The translations under genes and the position numbers were made by a program. Source: a phage. From it: a DNA stretch of 64,000 nucleotides. The stretch is taken from the NCBI GenBank assembly GCA_024682255.1, contig GCA_024682255.1_4716.1. One strand, written 5' to 3'. Below, piece after piece: positions 9,635 to 20,389 of this stretch. Within the stretch, counting starts at the first letter, position 1, and each line of letters opens with the position of its first letter. Under the pieces are notes generated by a model, which had not been told where the DNA came from, searched no databases, and worked only from the letters and a program-made list of their open reading frames with translations.

Positions 9635-10915
9635 TCAGAAACGATTTACAGTACGTCCTGTCCACGCGCTCAGGATGTTGTTACGTTCCATCTCAGCACG
9701 ACGACGTAAACCGTTTGGCGACTGCGGCGCTTGCGGCATCCCCCATCCAGCAGGTTGCATACCCATGCCCGGCCAAGCAGCGTTATTGAACATCGTACCG
9801 TTACGTTCCGCAACACGGTTCATCAACGCATCAAACGTGCTATTACCTGCCGGTTGGTTACCGCCGCTTTCCCACTGATTAGGTTGGACAGGTGCGGTTT
9901 TACCTAACAGGTTATCGATCACACTGCCTGTTGAAGCAGGACGCGGTTGCATACCTTCATGTGCAGCTGCTGATGGATTTGGCTTAACCGTCGGCTGCGG
10001 ACGACTGTTCAGCGTTACACCCATGTTGTATTTCGCTGGCGGAATCTGACCACGATGTTGATTAATCGGTTCAAAATCCTCGACCCAGGTAACATCGCAA
10101 TAACCGTTCTCTTTACCGTCGTACTTATCACCAAACAGTTTGATGAGGTTGTTCAGCGGTTCCATCAGCTTAGCGAAGCTGTGGATAAGACAATCGAAAT
10201 ACGGAGCATGGGGATCGCTTGACCCAGCGTTGTACGTTTCGCTTACTTCACCCGCGTGCGGGATAACGTACTCAACCAGGTTTCTCAGCATGTTAAGATC
10301 TTTCTTGGAAATCTCAACACCACACCAGTACGTTTTCTTATCTTTCGTGCTGATGTGTTCTTCTTCCATGAACGGGAAAGTAACGACCGCAACACGGGTC
10401 ATCTTCTTACCCATGTAGGTTGCGCCGGTACGACGAAGATAAATTTTGGACAGCGTATACGGCGTATCACGTTTCAACCAAACGGTGACCAGTTTACCTA
10501 ACGTCGTTAGCGTTTTATCGCTGGCATCCGCAAGGATATTGAAGAACTCTTTTTGCTTCGGCCCGAAACGTTTTGCTTCTTTAGGATTGATTGCGGTTTC
10601 AACCATCCAAATCAGCATGGAGCATAGCGTGGCATTAAAACGAACAACCATCGCACGACGCAGGAACTGAAGTACTTCCGATTCGCCGTTCATCACGTCT
10701 TCACTTAGTGGATGGAACAGCACGCGTTCAGCTAACTGGTTTCCGGTACGAACTTCGGAAACCGGCATCAGCAACGGCATGCTTTCCACGGTAGCGGCAA
10801 CTGCAACAACTTTACCATCCCCATCCGTAAAACGATATTCTAATTCGTGGGCGTCATTCTCAAAATAGTTAACGCTCTGTAGTGCTTTGCGATAAGCTTC
10901 GATAAGCTTCGACAT
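9635..10915 (-). CDS. hypothetical protein with Q/P/G-rich C-terminal region (426 aa)
   Basis: Long ORF; low-complexity C-terminus (QPAGWGMPQAPQSP). Confidence 0.55.
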   Translation of the reverse strand: MSKLIEAYRKALQSVNYFENDAHELEYRFTDGDGKVVAVAATVESMPLLMPVSEVRTGNQLAERVLFHPLSEDVMNGESEVLQFLRRAMVVRFNATLCSMLIWMVETAINPKEAKRFGPKQKEFFNILADASDKTLTTLGKLVTVWLKRDTPYTLSKIYLRRTGATYMGKKMTRVAVVTFPFMEEEHISTKDKKTYWCGVEISKKDLNMLRNLVEYVIPHAGEVSETYNAGSSDPHAPYFDCLIHSFAKLMEPLNNLIKLFGDKYDGKENGYCDVTWVEDFEPINQHRGQIPPAKYNMGVTLNSRPQPTVKPNPSAAAHEGMQPRPASTGSVIDNLLGKTAPVQPNQWESGGNQPAGNSTFDALMNRVAERNGTMFNNAAWPGMGMQPAGWGMPQAPQSPNGLRRRAEMERNNILSAWTGRTVNRF

Positions 10916-10970
10916 ATTGTATTTCCTTTTCTTTACGTCAACGGTCCCCTTACAACAGGGGACCTATGGA

Positions 10971-12557
10971 TTAGAAGTTGCCTTTGGTAGTTACCGCATC
11001 CACCAGGTTAAACAAATCAACGCTCAGCTTATATACCTCCTGCTGGCTACGGTTGAGCAGCGGGCTGTATGCAGATGGGTTGATGTTCGGCATGGTGTAC
11101 GGAATCGGTGCAGAACCGTCAACGCTGATCTTGAACTGGCTGTCCAGGAACAGGTTAATCGCGCCGCTCACCATAACCGCATTCGGGTTGTTGCCCAACA
11201 TGGAGGGTAGGATATTGGTAATCATGTCAGAACGCATTTGTTCGGCAGCACGGTTACAATCGTATCCTTTAATGAACGGTACAGCATCGGTAACCGCAAC
11301 AGCCCACTGACCAGGCATGATACCGAGTTCTGGGTGACCGTGGTTGTCAGCAATGAAACGGAACGACTCCAACATGCGATATGTCATCGCAGCAGGCATC
11401 ATTGCAGCAAGCGATGAACAATACAGCGTTGGATAATCGATCACGTCCCAGCTCTGGCTATCAGTCGGCATCCAACCAAACTCGGTGGTTGCTGACGTAC
11501 CACGACGAGCTTCCACATACGGGAATAACGTTAAGACGTCACGGATATGTTCACCGAACATCCGTTTCATGTCCGCCCAACTCAGGCTACCGCTGAAAGC
11601 GAATCCTTCATCACGCATAATCGCACCGAATACCGGATGCGCAACCAGCGGTTCTTCACGAACAGCTTGAGCGGCTTCTACGTAAATATCCTCGTTCTCT
11701 GCGCTACCTGGATGAGACCCATTTTCGTACGTCTGACGAATAGCTCCAACATTATCGAAGGCTTTTCTCAGATAGATGGTTGGGATGTTCGTATCAGCAC
11801 TAGCTGGTTTGATTTTCTCCGTTGCGAAACACATTGCTGCTTCCACACCACGGAAAACCGGTTCCGGCTGCGGTGGATAGGATGTACGATGAACCACATC
11901 AGCGTAGGCGGGATCGAACTGCTGCATTACGTTCTGCATGGCTGGGTCCATGAACTGGTTATCAAAACCACCATTGCCCACCCAACGTGCTGTCGATGCA
12001 TAAGTCAGCGTATCCTGAACACGAGTACTGAACTGAACATCACGATTAACAGGGTCGTATGCGCCGGTCAACAGGTTCGTTGCATCCATCGGGGTTGCAC
12101 GAACGATTTGCTTACCGAACATATCCGTTGTGGTTGTTTCGGTTACCTGGATTACGTTCGTGAAGAAGAACACCAGTTCATTCGGTAGATCGATAGCACG
12201 CGTTGTAAACGCATCGAGGCTTACAGAATGGTCGGTGTATCCAGAAATGTAATGGACACGCTTGGTTCCTGGTGCAAGGGCCAAGGATTCTTCTACAGCC
12301 ATCATGAAATGGAAACGGCGTGTGCCCCAACCATTTGCAATCTCCGAAACCCCCTCAGGTTCTGCAGACTGCTGCAACAAACCGGTTGCAAGCTTGTTGA
12401 TTGCTGATGGTGTTGTTGCCGTACCGAACCGCGTCGTGTTAATGAAGTCTTCGATGCTACGCATGCTATCTGCGTGGAATCGTAGTGGACGACGTTGTAC
12501 GTTGTTGTACGGTGCGGTTTCAACCATCAGTATTTCACGAACATTCATCGGGATCAT
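10971..12557 (-). CDS. hypothetical protein (528 aa)
   Basis: Long ORF, co-directional. Confidence 0.55.
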   Translation of the reverse strand: MIPMNVREILMVETAPYNNVQRRPLRFHADSMRSIEDFINTTRFGTATTPSAINKLATGLLQQSAEPEGVSEIANGWGTRRFHFMMAVEESLALAPGTKRVHYISGYTDHSVSLDAFTTRAIDLPNELVFFFTNVIQVTETTTTDMFGKQIVRATPMDATNLLTGAYDPVNRDVQFSTRVQDTLTYASTARWVGNGGFDNQFMDPAMQNVMQQFDPAYADVVHRTSYPPQPEPVFRGVEAAMCFATEKIKPASADTNIPTIYLRKAFDNVGAIRQTYENGSHPGSAENEDIYVEAAQAVREEPLVAHPVFGAIMRDEGFAFSGSLSWADMKRMFGEHIRDVLTLFPYVEARRGTSATTEFGWMPTDSQSWDVIDYPTLYCSSLAAMMPAAMTYRMLESFRFIADNHGHPELGIMPGQWAVAVTDAVPFIKGYDCNRAAEQMRSDMITNILPSMLGNNPNAVMVSGAINLFLDSQFKISVDGSAPIPYTMPNINPSAYSPLLNRSQQEVYKLSVDLFNLVDAVTTKGNF

Positions 12558-12558
12558 T

Positions 12559-14148
12559 TTATTTTTTTCCTCTTAAATTTACTACGTGTTCATTTAATCG
12601 AACAACTAATTGCACAAGCTGCTGACGGATATCAGCTGGACAAAGCATCAATCCTTTACGATCAGCTGGGACTTTCTCAAGGATTTCCGGGCCTGCTGCT
12701 GAAACATCCCAGTCCCATTCACAAAACGCATCGGCCACCATGTTAATACCGACAACCGGTAAAGTTGTACGTTCATCTTCATACATGGCGTGTGGATACA
12801 ATTTATTGACAGTAATGATCTCCTGTGGTTTTAATTGGTGGATAATCTGATAAACATCGTCGCGTTTAACCTGGATACCTACGGTCAGCGCGGCCAGTTG
12901 AGGAAAACCCCAATGGTCTAACAAGCAAGCTGCGATGGCTAACGCTTTTGCCTGATGCACGGCTTCAATCGGTGCCAGACTTCTCGCCGGAAGATGGCTA
13001 TCAAGCAACCATTGTGCCAGTGCTCGGCATCCACGGTTGATTGGTTTTAACTCAACGCTGTCATCATGCTTAGCGTACGTGTATCCGTCGTAACGTTTTG
13101 CGATACGCGCATACATGTCTTCAACTTTACCGTAAGGTGCCGTTTCGTCGACGTCGTGTAACACACGTTCCATCTGGGTAAGATACGCGATATCAAGAAT
13201 GAGTACACGCGGTGAACGTTTATCTTTCACCATCAGCGCATCAATCACGCCTTGACTGTCTTCATCTTGCGCGTTCCCTCGTGGGGTTTTCTCACGAATC
13301 GGTCCGCTGAAACGTCGTTCCGTACAAAGGTTATTCACATAGCTAAAGATCAGTGTTACCAGATGCGTACAACTTACCAACACCCCATCCTTAACGACAG
13401 GCTGTACAGCTTGGTCCAAATCACGTACGGCGAGACGGCGGACGATAGCTTGTGAACGCAACCAGCCGGGCACTTTCTCCGTCGACATGTAATCCACGGT
13501 CATCGACAGCGTGATCTTTTTATCACCCGTCTGTGCACGGATATAGTCTTCCAGTCGGTCGTAAGCAGCGATATCATGAATGCGTGTTTTATACATCAAC
13601 GACATAGCCACTTCTTCTTTACGGACCGTCCCGTACGTTTTCCCTGCGTCAATCAGAAACTCTGCCCAAATCGGCACCATCAGACGGACGTAGATTGCTA
13701 ACGCCGTTAACTCAACGTAATCATTTCGTAAATAGGTTTTCTCAGGTATGTCATCCTCACCTAATGTTGTTTTCATGTCCGGTGGTAATTTTACCCAACC
13801 TGGGGTATTACACAACGCCAGAATCTCTTCATACACAACCGGTTTGTAAATTTCACCAACAGCGCGACTCAACTCCTCCATTTGTTGCTGTGGAGCAATG
13901 TAGTTATCCATCGCTTCACGTGCTTTAACGAACCCTTCGAAGATGTCGTCAATTCGACGTGGGTTCTTTTGTTCTATCCAGGCGAGATACTTGTTAATCT
14001 CCCGCATCTGATTACTAGCCATATCCCCATCGATCTTGATATAACCCTGACCTGAAAATTCCACAGTACGTCCATCACGGTGTTTGATGAGGTAGTGATC
14101 CAGCTTTTCTTTTCCTTGCGTCGTAATGACGGGCACTATGTGCATAAC
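12559..14148 (-). CDS. hypothetical protein (about 530 aa)
   Basis: Long ORF; probable start at internal ATG (MHIVPV...) preceded by AAGAGG RBS; ORF track extends to 14280. Confidence 0.55.
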   Translation of the reverse strand, partial: VMHIVPVITTQGKEKLDHYLIKHRDGRTVEFSGQGYIKIDGDMASNQMREINKYLAWIEQKNPRRIDDIFEGFVKAREAMDNYIAPQQQMEELSRAVGEIYKPVVYEEILALCNTPGWVKLPPDMKTTLGEDDIPEKTYLRNDYVELTALAIYVRLMVPIWAEFLIDAGKTYGTVRKEEVAMSLMYKTRIHDIAAYDRLEDYIRAQTGDKKITLSMTVDYMSTEKVPGWLRSQAIVRRLAVRDLDQAVQPVVKDGVLVSCTHLVTLIFSYVNNLCTERRFSGPIREKTPRGNAQDEDSQGVIDALMVKDKRSPRVLILDIAYLTQMERVLHDVDETAPYGKVEDMYARIAKRYDGYTYAKHDDSVELKPINRGCRALAQWLLDSHLPARSLAPIEAVHQAKALAIAACLLDHWGFPQLAALTVGIQVKRDDVYQIIHQLKPQEIITVNKLYPHAMYEDERTTLPVVGINMVADAFCEWDWDVSAAGPEILEKVPADRKGLMLCPADIRQQLVQLVVRLNEHVVNLRGKK

Positions 14149-14349
14149 AACCTCTTTTCGCGGTTCCCTGTTAAAACGTCTTCTGTGACGTCTACCACAA
14201 AGGTAATATAAGCGTGAATAATTTTGGATTCCGGCTGAGTTATCGCTCAGCATGCAAGGCATCCCGCCGAAGCGAGACACCTTGCACTAACGGAAAATAT
14301 TCGCGTTACCTTCTGAATCGAAGACTCAGAATGCGATGCTAAAGCATGA

Positions 14350-15141
14350 TTAGAACGCTAAGCCATCAAAGGCTACGGACGGATCATCGTCGTCATTTGC
14401 GCTTGGCGCATCCCAACGGGTATCAGGGGCCGCTGAAGCCGAACTTGATGCGTTAGAGTTACCGTTGTACTGGCCGTTACCAGCATTACGGTTACCGCCA
14501 CCGTTGTTATTGTTACGGTTATAGCTATTGTTGCCACCATTACTTACGCTACGGCTTTCACCGTCGAAATTGGTTGCGAGGATGCTCGGCAACACTGCGC
14601 GATGAATACGTACAAATTCCAACGCACAAAGCGGAGAAACAACCCCGATCTGTAAAGGTTGACCAGACTCATCAACCAGAGCGTGGAAGCGCGGTGGCTT
14701 GAATACGAATTGGATGTTCGGTTTTTGGTACGCGGTTACAGCGATATATACCGAACCATCATCATTCTTACCAACCCATGTTGTACTTTCGGTAATCTGT
14801 TTCTTCTTACCTGGGTTATTGCGATCGTCGATAACCTTTTCGTTCTTCATCGCAAAACGTTGGCCTGGTTTACCCTTAGCAACCTGCTCGAGGATCGCAA
14901 GCAGGTTATAGAACGCGTATGAGCTCATGCGCGCCCAAATGCTTTCAGCGCGACCCTGCTGGTCTTTACGACCGGTGTAAACCGTGATACGCGGTTGATT
15001 CTTAGCAACGCTAATTTTCAATGAGGGGATTGAATTACCGCCCTCAACCTTTTCGTCCGCCCACAGTTTCCAGTTGTTGTCGTCATAAGCCGTAGGAATA
15101 ATGTTTCCTTGTGGTTTACTGCCCGAATTCCAATTGCTCAT
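14350..15141 (-). CDS. hypothetical protein; possible SSB-like architecture
   Basis: 263 aa; globular N-terminal part, then Asn/Gly-rich linker (NGGNNSYNRNNNNGGGNRNAGNGQYNGN), then acidic tip DDDDPSVAFDGLAF reminiscent of SSB C-terminal tails. Confidence 0.4.
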   Translation of the reverse strand: MSNWNSGSKPQGNIIPTAYDDNNWKLWADEKVEGGNSIPSLKISVAKNQPRITVYTGRKDQQGRAESIWARMSSYAFYNLLAILEQVAKGKPGQRFAMKNEKVIDDRNNPGKKKQITESTTWVGKNDDGSVYIAVTAYQKPNIQFVFKPPRFHALVDESGQPLQIGVVSPLCALEFVRIHRAVLPSILATNFDGESRSVSNGGNNSYNRNNNNGGGNRNAGNGQYNGNSNASSSASAAPDTRWDAPSANDDDDPSVAFDGLAF

Positions 15142-15214
15142 TTTCAGCCTCGTTACGTAGTGTGAATCAATTTCTGGTTCAGATGATAGTTAATATTAGT
15201 TAAAAATTACAGCC

Positions 15215-16048
15215 TCAGCGGAACATGTCCAACAGAAAACGTTTTGCAAAAGGGTCGCGTAACTGGTTGACACCGAAGCGTGTACGGTCTTCCGTTGTTA
15301 ATGGATTCCACTGACTCTGTTTCGCAAGATCTAACAGCATCCTTTTTATTTTCACCGGTCCGCTGTTAAACTGTACGGCCTGGTCACCGAACGTTCCCAA
15401 TGTCATCTTTGTAAATGGGAGGTTCGCAACCTCTGGACGATCCCCACCAGTAAGTTTGGTCGACCACTGATGTTTTCGTTTCAAGGTTCCGGTATGGCTT
15501 TCTACCAAAATAAGTTCACCAAAACCGGTTCTTGCCAACAAGTCAGAAACATAGTGCGTAGTGATATACGACGTTTTGGTTATCGTGGGTAATTTACAAT
15601 CCATCGATTCGATATTAGGGAGTCGATCTACAGACGCCATCAACCCACGATAAAGTGTAGCGAGTCCTTTTTGTTTTTCGGTATGTGGCTCCTTGTGTAT
15701 AGCGTGCGGATAAACACGCTTTATTGATGCATAGGTTGGCGCATATATCCGCAAGCGAATATGGGGAACGAGTTCATTCACCAGCTGCCTTAGCTGTAGT
15801 AACTCGTTTTGAAAATCCCCTGTTATCATCGATAATGGTAATTTATGCTGCTCGACGTCTTCAAAGCTTTCAACAAAATTGCGTGCTAAAGTACGCAGGT
15901 TGAACAACCAATCCATCGGTGTTTCTGGCTGTTGCTGCACTGCTGATAATGTTGCTGACGTCCCTACCGATAAAGGATAATCACCTAACGTGCGGGCGTA
16001 CATATTGCTCATACCCCACAACTCCTTCTTATCATGGCAACGTATCAA
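15215..16048 (-). CDS. hypothetical protein (277 aa)
   Basis: ORF in minus-strand array. Confidence 0.5.
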   Translation of the reverse strand: MIRCHDKKELWGMSNMYARTLGDYPLSVGTSATLSAVQQQPETPMDWLFNLRTLARNFVESFEDVEQHKLPLSMITGDFQNELLQLRQLVNELVPHIRLRIYAPTYASIKRVYPHAIHKEPHTEKQKGLATLYRGLMASVDRLPNIESMDCKLPTITKTSYITTHYVSDLLARTGFGELILVESHTGTLKRKHQWSTKLTGGDRPEVANLPFTKMTLGTFGDQAVQFNSGPVKIKRMLLDLAKQSQWNPLTTEDRTRFGVNQLRDPFAKRFLLDMFR

Positions 16049-17174
16049 GCCAAGCAGAAACCTTTAAGGCATCAACGTTCGGGTATTTATTACGAATGCG
16101 TTCGACCAACAAACGCTTAACGTTGTCCTTTGTCAAGTCCCCACCTTTCTCGATAACGTTATTGACAAAACTGTTCTTTAATAGCGACTGGTTGTTCTTA
16201 GCGTCCGTTTTAATTGACCAAACGAAGCCTGGATACAAAGAAGGAATGGAGCGAAACGTTTTCGCCGCATCGTCTTCCTTATCGCAGCGTATTCGAATAT
16301 GATCGCCCTTCTTCAATGGAGCCAGTTCCCGTTCCAGAACGCGGACGATTTCATCTCCAACAAGACCGTGCAGTTTTATCGTCTTGTAGACATCTGCTTT
16401 CTTGTTCTCAACAAATTCCCACTGGTCGTTAAACGTTTCCGTTAACATATAACGGAGATACCCTTTTGGACCTTCTTCACCGTGCGCCAAGCGACCGAAC
16501 GAACCACCAACCATGATACGTCCTTTCTGGGATTGTAAGTGGATGTGCCCGCTCACGACCCACCCTTGGGTCTTCTCCACCATTGCGTTATACGCATCAC
16601 TGCTATGAACACATGTTGCTTTTAACGCTTCTGGTGGAAGCTGATATTCAAACGCACCGTGCATCAGAATGAAGTCCGGCGATCCCTTCTCATCAATAAG
16701 TCGGTTCACAGCCGACAACGTCACATCCGGATCGTGGCTGTAGTTATCTGGAAGATAAAGTACTTTTAAACCGAAGTCTTCATCAACCATGCAGAGATCA
16801 TCGTAATAACGAACTTTCGCTCCTATCTCCATGACCTCGTTCTGTTCAACGAACCACTGGCTTTGCTTCTGGTCGTGTAAATTGGTACCCTCAAGAAAGA
16901 TCAACGTAATATCGTGTTTTCTTGCATACCGTAACAACCAGGTACCCCAGGCACGAACAGCAACCACGTCACTCGTCACAAATGTCGTGATACGATCGAA
17001 GACATCACCACTGAATGTAATCACGTCAAGCAGCGCAGGATCTTCTTTTGTAATGTAATAACGCAGTTGGCTAATCAGGTTTACTGTCGGTGTTTGACGA
17101 TGGATAAAGTGAATATCCGACAAGTTGATTCCACGTAATACCCCAGGCGTTTTATTTCGACTGAAGTCTCGCAT
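16032..17174 (-). CDS. Mre11/SbcD-family metallophosphoesterase nuclease
   Basis: Calcineurin-like motifs in order: LSDIH (I), SGDVFD (II), EGTNLHD (III, GNH[DE]), ILMHGAFE (IV), VSGHIHLQ (V). Confidence 0.7.
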   Translation of the reverse strand: MRDFSRNKTPGVLRGINLSDIHFIHRQTPTVNLISQLRYYITKEDPALLDVITFSGDVFDRITTFVTSDVVAVRAWGTWLLRYARKHDITLIFLEGTNLHDQKQSQWFVEQNEVMEIGAKVRYYDDLCMVDEDFGLKVLYLPDNYSHDPDVTLSAVNRLIDEKGSPDFILMHGAFEYQLPPEALKATCVHSSDAYNAMVEKTQGWVVSGHIHLQSQKGRIMVGGSFGRLAHGEEGPKGYLRYMLTETFNDQWEFVENKKADVYKTIKLHGLVGDEIVRVLERELAPLKKGDHIRIRCDKEDDAAKTFRSIPSLYPGFVWSIKTDAKNNQSLLKNSFVNNVIEKGGDLTKDNVKRLLVERIRNKYPNVDALKVSAWLDTLP

Positions 17175-17956
17175 CAGAATTCCTCTAAGTTGCTGCTGCT
17201 AATAGTCCCCGTCGTAGACGGTATGTTTCTACTACCCACCGACGCAGTTGTTGAAGACGTTCTGGCTAGATTCAATCCATTTAATAACCCACGCTCTTTT
17301 ACCGTACGACGTGAACCATCACGAACGTCGTAAAGAGGTACGTTATAATGGTCAAAAATCCGAAGCCATTGCACGTAATCAGCAACAACATGGTCTTTGC
17401 TTTCATTCGGAGCAAAGCGATCAAGCTGATGGTCGACGTAAGCTTTTGCGCTTTCAGGATTGAAGTTATACTGTCGGCGTGCTTTGTCCACCATCGCGAG
17501 GAAACATGTATTGGGGTCACGATTGATGTATGAACGTGTCCGGATAAAGATAGCCGGTACCGTAAACAGAACCTTGCTGTTATTCCCATCAGCAACGATG
17601 TTAACCGCACGATGTGGTTGGCCTGCTATCTTGCACCAATCGTGAACAATGGTGCTATTACTCAGCATCTCCGCGTATTCAGGATCCTGCGAAAACATTC
17701 CTGCGAACGGATACAAGAAATGTTTAACAAACAGCGATTCGGGCAGGATGTTGGGACGCGTCATCTCCTGTAAACCTTTTCGTAGAAGCTCGCTATTGTC
17801 TACCAGCTCCTGCCACATGTCCGGTCGTGTTTTCGGGATGGACGGATCCTGAGCGCGGCGAATGCGCTCTTCTTCATTTACAACCACTACCCCAGCCGGA
17901 TACCCCAATAAATCCGTTCCTTCGCTAACGTTGCTGTTAGTTTGGCGCGCCTTCAT
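17174..17956 (-). CDS. hypothetical protein (260 aa)
   Basis: ORF in minus-strand array. Confidence 0.5.
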   Translation of the reverse strand: MKARQTNSNVSEGTDLLGYPAGVVVVNEEERIRRAQDPSIPKTRPDMWQELVDNSELLRKGLQEMTRPNILPESLFVKHFLYPFAGMFSQDPEYAEMLSNSTIVHDWCKIAGQPHRAVNIVADGNNSKVLFTVPAIFIRTRSYINRDPNTCFLAMVDKARRQYNFNPESAKAYVDHQLDRFAPNESKDHVVADYVQWLRIFDHYNVPLYDVRDGSRRTVKERGLLNGLNLARTSSTTASVGSRNIPSTTGTISSSNLEEF

Positions 17957-18344
17957 TTACTTCCTCCTGCCACTTGATAAAATTACCACGCTCAGATCGC
18001 AGAACACCACCCAAATCGTACGATATACCTTTCTCTGTGACAATCCCACCAATCTGGAGATCAACACGTTCCGTCGTCGGATCGATATACTTGACACGGA
18101 CTTTCAATTCCACGCGATCGTAATAACGCATTAAATAATCATACAACATCCGGTATGTCGCATCTTCCAATTTGGGTGCACTGTACTGCGATGTTGCAAT
18201 GAGGTACGGTAGTGAAACGATAGAGCCTTGGTAGCAATACGACTGGGAATAATTCGATATTGCAAAATTGGTCATTAACCCATCCAGCTTTTTACCCGAC
18301 GCGGTTAAAAAGCTCGACAGTCCCGGTAACGGATTCGATGCCAT
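17937..18344 (-). CDS. hypothetical protein (135 aa)
   Basis: ORF in minus-strand array. Confidence 0.45.
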   Translation of the reverse strand: MASNPLPGLSSFLTASGKKLDGLMTNFAISNYSQSYCYQGSIVSLPYLIATSQYSAPKLEDATYRMLYDYLMRYYDRVELKVRVKYIDPTTERVDLQIGGIVTEKGISYDLGGVLRSERGNFIKWQEEVNEGAPN

Positions 18345-18357
18345 GAGGAACTCCTCT

Positions 18358-18807
18358 TTAAGCGTAATTCATTCCAACCAATCTATCGTAGTTAGGCATA
18401 TGCCCTAACTCCAGTTCGACAGGCAAGGATACATTGGTGCGTGGTGCGTAAAATGTTCGCGTATGCATATCGATATACCCACAGTCCAAATAAACAATAT
18501 CGGACAACTCCGACGGATGTTTAGGCGCGGGAATCTTTAATCGATTATAACACTCAAGCTGCCACCAGGCATGAAAAAAGTTATTGTAGGCGTACGATTT
18601 ACTGTTGGCGACTTTAAGTCCGTAGATCACCCATAACGCCGCCATGAAGTTGGTCGCGTTAATTCGCATCGGTTGTTCATTATTGAGCATGTGCGTGTAG
18701 GTAAACAACGGTGTGTTACCATCACCGAAACGTCCGACTAAGGTATTGTTCGTGCGTTCGACCTCAAATGAAAAATGCTGGCTGCTATTGCCATCAAAAT
18801 GGATCAT
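18358..18807 (-). CDS. hypothetical protein (149 aa)
   Basis: ORF in minus-strand array. Confidence 0.45.
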   Translation of the reverse strand: MIHFDGNSSQHFSFEVERTNNTLVGRFGDGNTPLFTYTHMLNNEQPMRINATNFMAALWVIYGLKVANSKSYAYNNFFHAWWQLECYNRLKIPAPKHPSELSDIVYLDCGYIDMHTRTFYAPRTNVSLPVELELGHMPNYDRLVGMNYA

Positions 18808-18925
18808 TCCGTTCTCCTCAAGCTTTTCATTTCATAGGGTGGTGGAAATTCGTAGAAAGTTACAAAAATAAAAAAGAATGGGCAGCCCCTCCCCACCCGA
18901 AGGTAGGGAGAGACCGCAAATATAC

Positions 18926-19390
18926 TTAAACCAAAGCTGCGATAACGTCGTTAACATTACGGCCTCGCAACTCTGCCGCTAAACGAATAACTTCATCCAG
19001 GGAACGGTTTGTACGAATCTTGGCCACTTTCCAATTTTCAGGATACTGTTCGAAGTTAAGCAACCAAGTCATTACCTTTGCTTGTTCCATACCGTTGAGT
19101 TTGATTGTCGTGCGCGGATTGGCTTTGAACCACTTCTTGCTCAGCTGTGCCATACGGCGAACAGGGTAAGCGTAAGCTCGAGTCCAGTCTTTGGACAGAT
19201 TGTCGAGTAATTCACAGTAGCTGCTGTCGTAGTCTTTGTTGATACGACGTAGTAACCAGTTGGCAGTCATCTGATAAAGTTTATCATCTTCACGTAACCG
19301 CATACCTGCTACTGCTAAATAAATGATAAGACCTGCGCCCAGGATGAGAGACAGGATGAACAGAATTTGGGTTTCTTGTGCTAAAGTCAT
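18926..19390 (-). CDS. hypothetical membrane-anchored protein (154 aa)
   Basis: N-terminal hydrophobic segment ILFILSLILGAGLIIYLAVAG; early-promoter-like motif about 95 nt upstream. Confidence 0.5.
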   Translation of the reverse strand: MTLAQETQILFILSLILGAGLIIYLAVAGMRLREDDKLYQMTANWLLRRINKDYDSSYCELLDNLSKDWTRAYAYPVRRMAQLSKKWFKANPRTTIKLNGMEQAKVMTWLLNFEQYPENWKVAKIRTNRSLDEVIRLAAELRGRNVNDVIAALV

Positions 19391-19475
19391 TTTACTATCC
19401 TCGGATTTCGTTAGGATTTAATTTCCAATATAAGGACAATGTGATATGCCTTATACAGTCGATTGATGTTGTACA

Positions 19476-19493
19476 TCACCTAAGTAATATAGC
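19476..19493 (-). promoter_or_regulatory. putative phage early promoter (TATATTAC core, minus strand)
   Basis: Minus-strand GGCTATATTACTTAGGTG; same motif upstream of two other genes. Confidence 0.4.
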
Positions 19494-19509
19494 CGTGAAA
19501 AATGTTGGA

Positions 19510-20346
19510 TTAACGTGTTCTCCTATCCCGATGCGTATACGACTGAAGACCGATGTCCATATGCGGTAACGTTAGCGTCTGCCAGATCTGTCGTGCGTAG
19601 CGATCAAGCGTATGATCGTCAGTAACACAATCGACGGGTTCGATGAGGTGAGTCGTATACTGGCTTTTCACAGAGAAAGGTTCGTTGTTAGCTGTATCTC
19701 CTAATCCGCTTTTCACCGTGAAGACAAGACGTGTGACTATCATCGCCTTATGTTGCTGTTCATTGTAACGAAGGCTGCGGTATACGGCATAGCTCCCTCC
19801 TTTTAAGCTTCGGGTATAACGAAGGTCGGAGGTCGTCTCGGAAATCTGATACAGCATCCAGTCTAACGTATCTCGCCAGTACACATCATCCACATCAGGA
19901 ACCGTGATACCGTACCGCGTAGGCAGCAATTCTAAAAGCAATTTATAAAGTCCGCGACGTAAGCCATGCTCTTCAGTTTCCGATAAACCGTTTCCAACGT
20001 AACGTGAAATACGCGTACGTAAATACGTACGGATGAACATATTCGCCATCAGTGTTTTCACTCTGCTACTGGTATCCTCAAAGCGATCAACGCTGAAACT
20101 CGTTTCAATCAACCGTCCATTAAAATACAATGCAGCAACATACATCGCATTATTGCTATCTCGTTCAATGTTTAAACGACCGCAGATATTGGCTGCGTCG
20201 TTCATGGTAAATTCTAATTTATCGTGTTCGATACGATAGATAATATCCTCTTGGGTTGCCAGGCTCGCAATGCGACGATAGCCTGGAGAAGTACGTTTTA
20301 CACTCATGATTGTCCTCGTTTTCAATTTTAAGATTGCATGCGGCAT
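19510..20346 (-). CDS. hypothetical protein (278 aa)
   Basis: ORF in minus-strand array. Confidence 0.5.
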   Translation of the reverse strand: MPHAILKLKTRTIMSVKRTSPGYRRIASLATQEDIIYRIEHDKLEFTMNDAANICGRLNIERDSNNAMYVAALYFNGRLIETSFSVDRFEDTSSRVKTLMANMFIRTYLRTRISRYVGNGLSETEEHGLRRGLYKLLLELLPTRYGITVPDVDDVYWRDTLDWMLYQISETTSDLRYTRSLKGGSYAVYRSLRYNEQQHKAMIVTRLVFTVKSGLGDTANNEPFSVKSQYTTHLIEPVDCVTDDHTLDRYARQIWQTLTLPHMDIGLQSYTHRDRRTR

Positions 20347-20389
20347 AAACCCTCCCCGCCTTATGCAGGGAGGGTAGCCATTAAATGGA

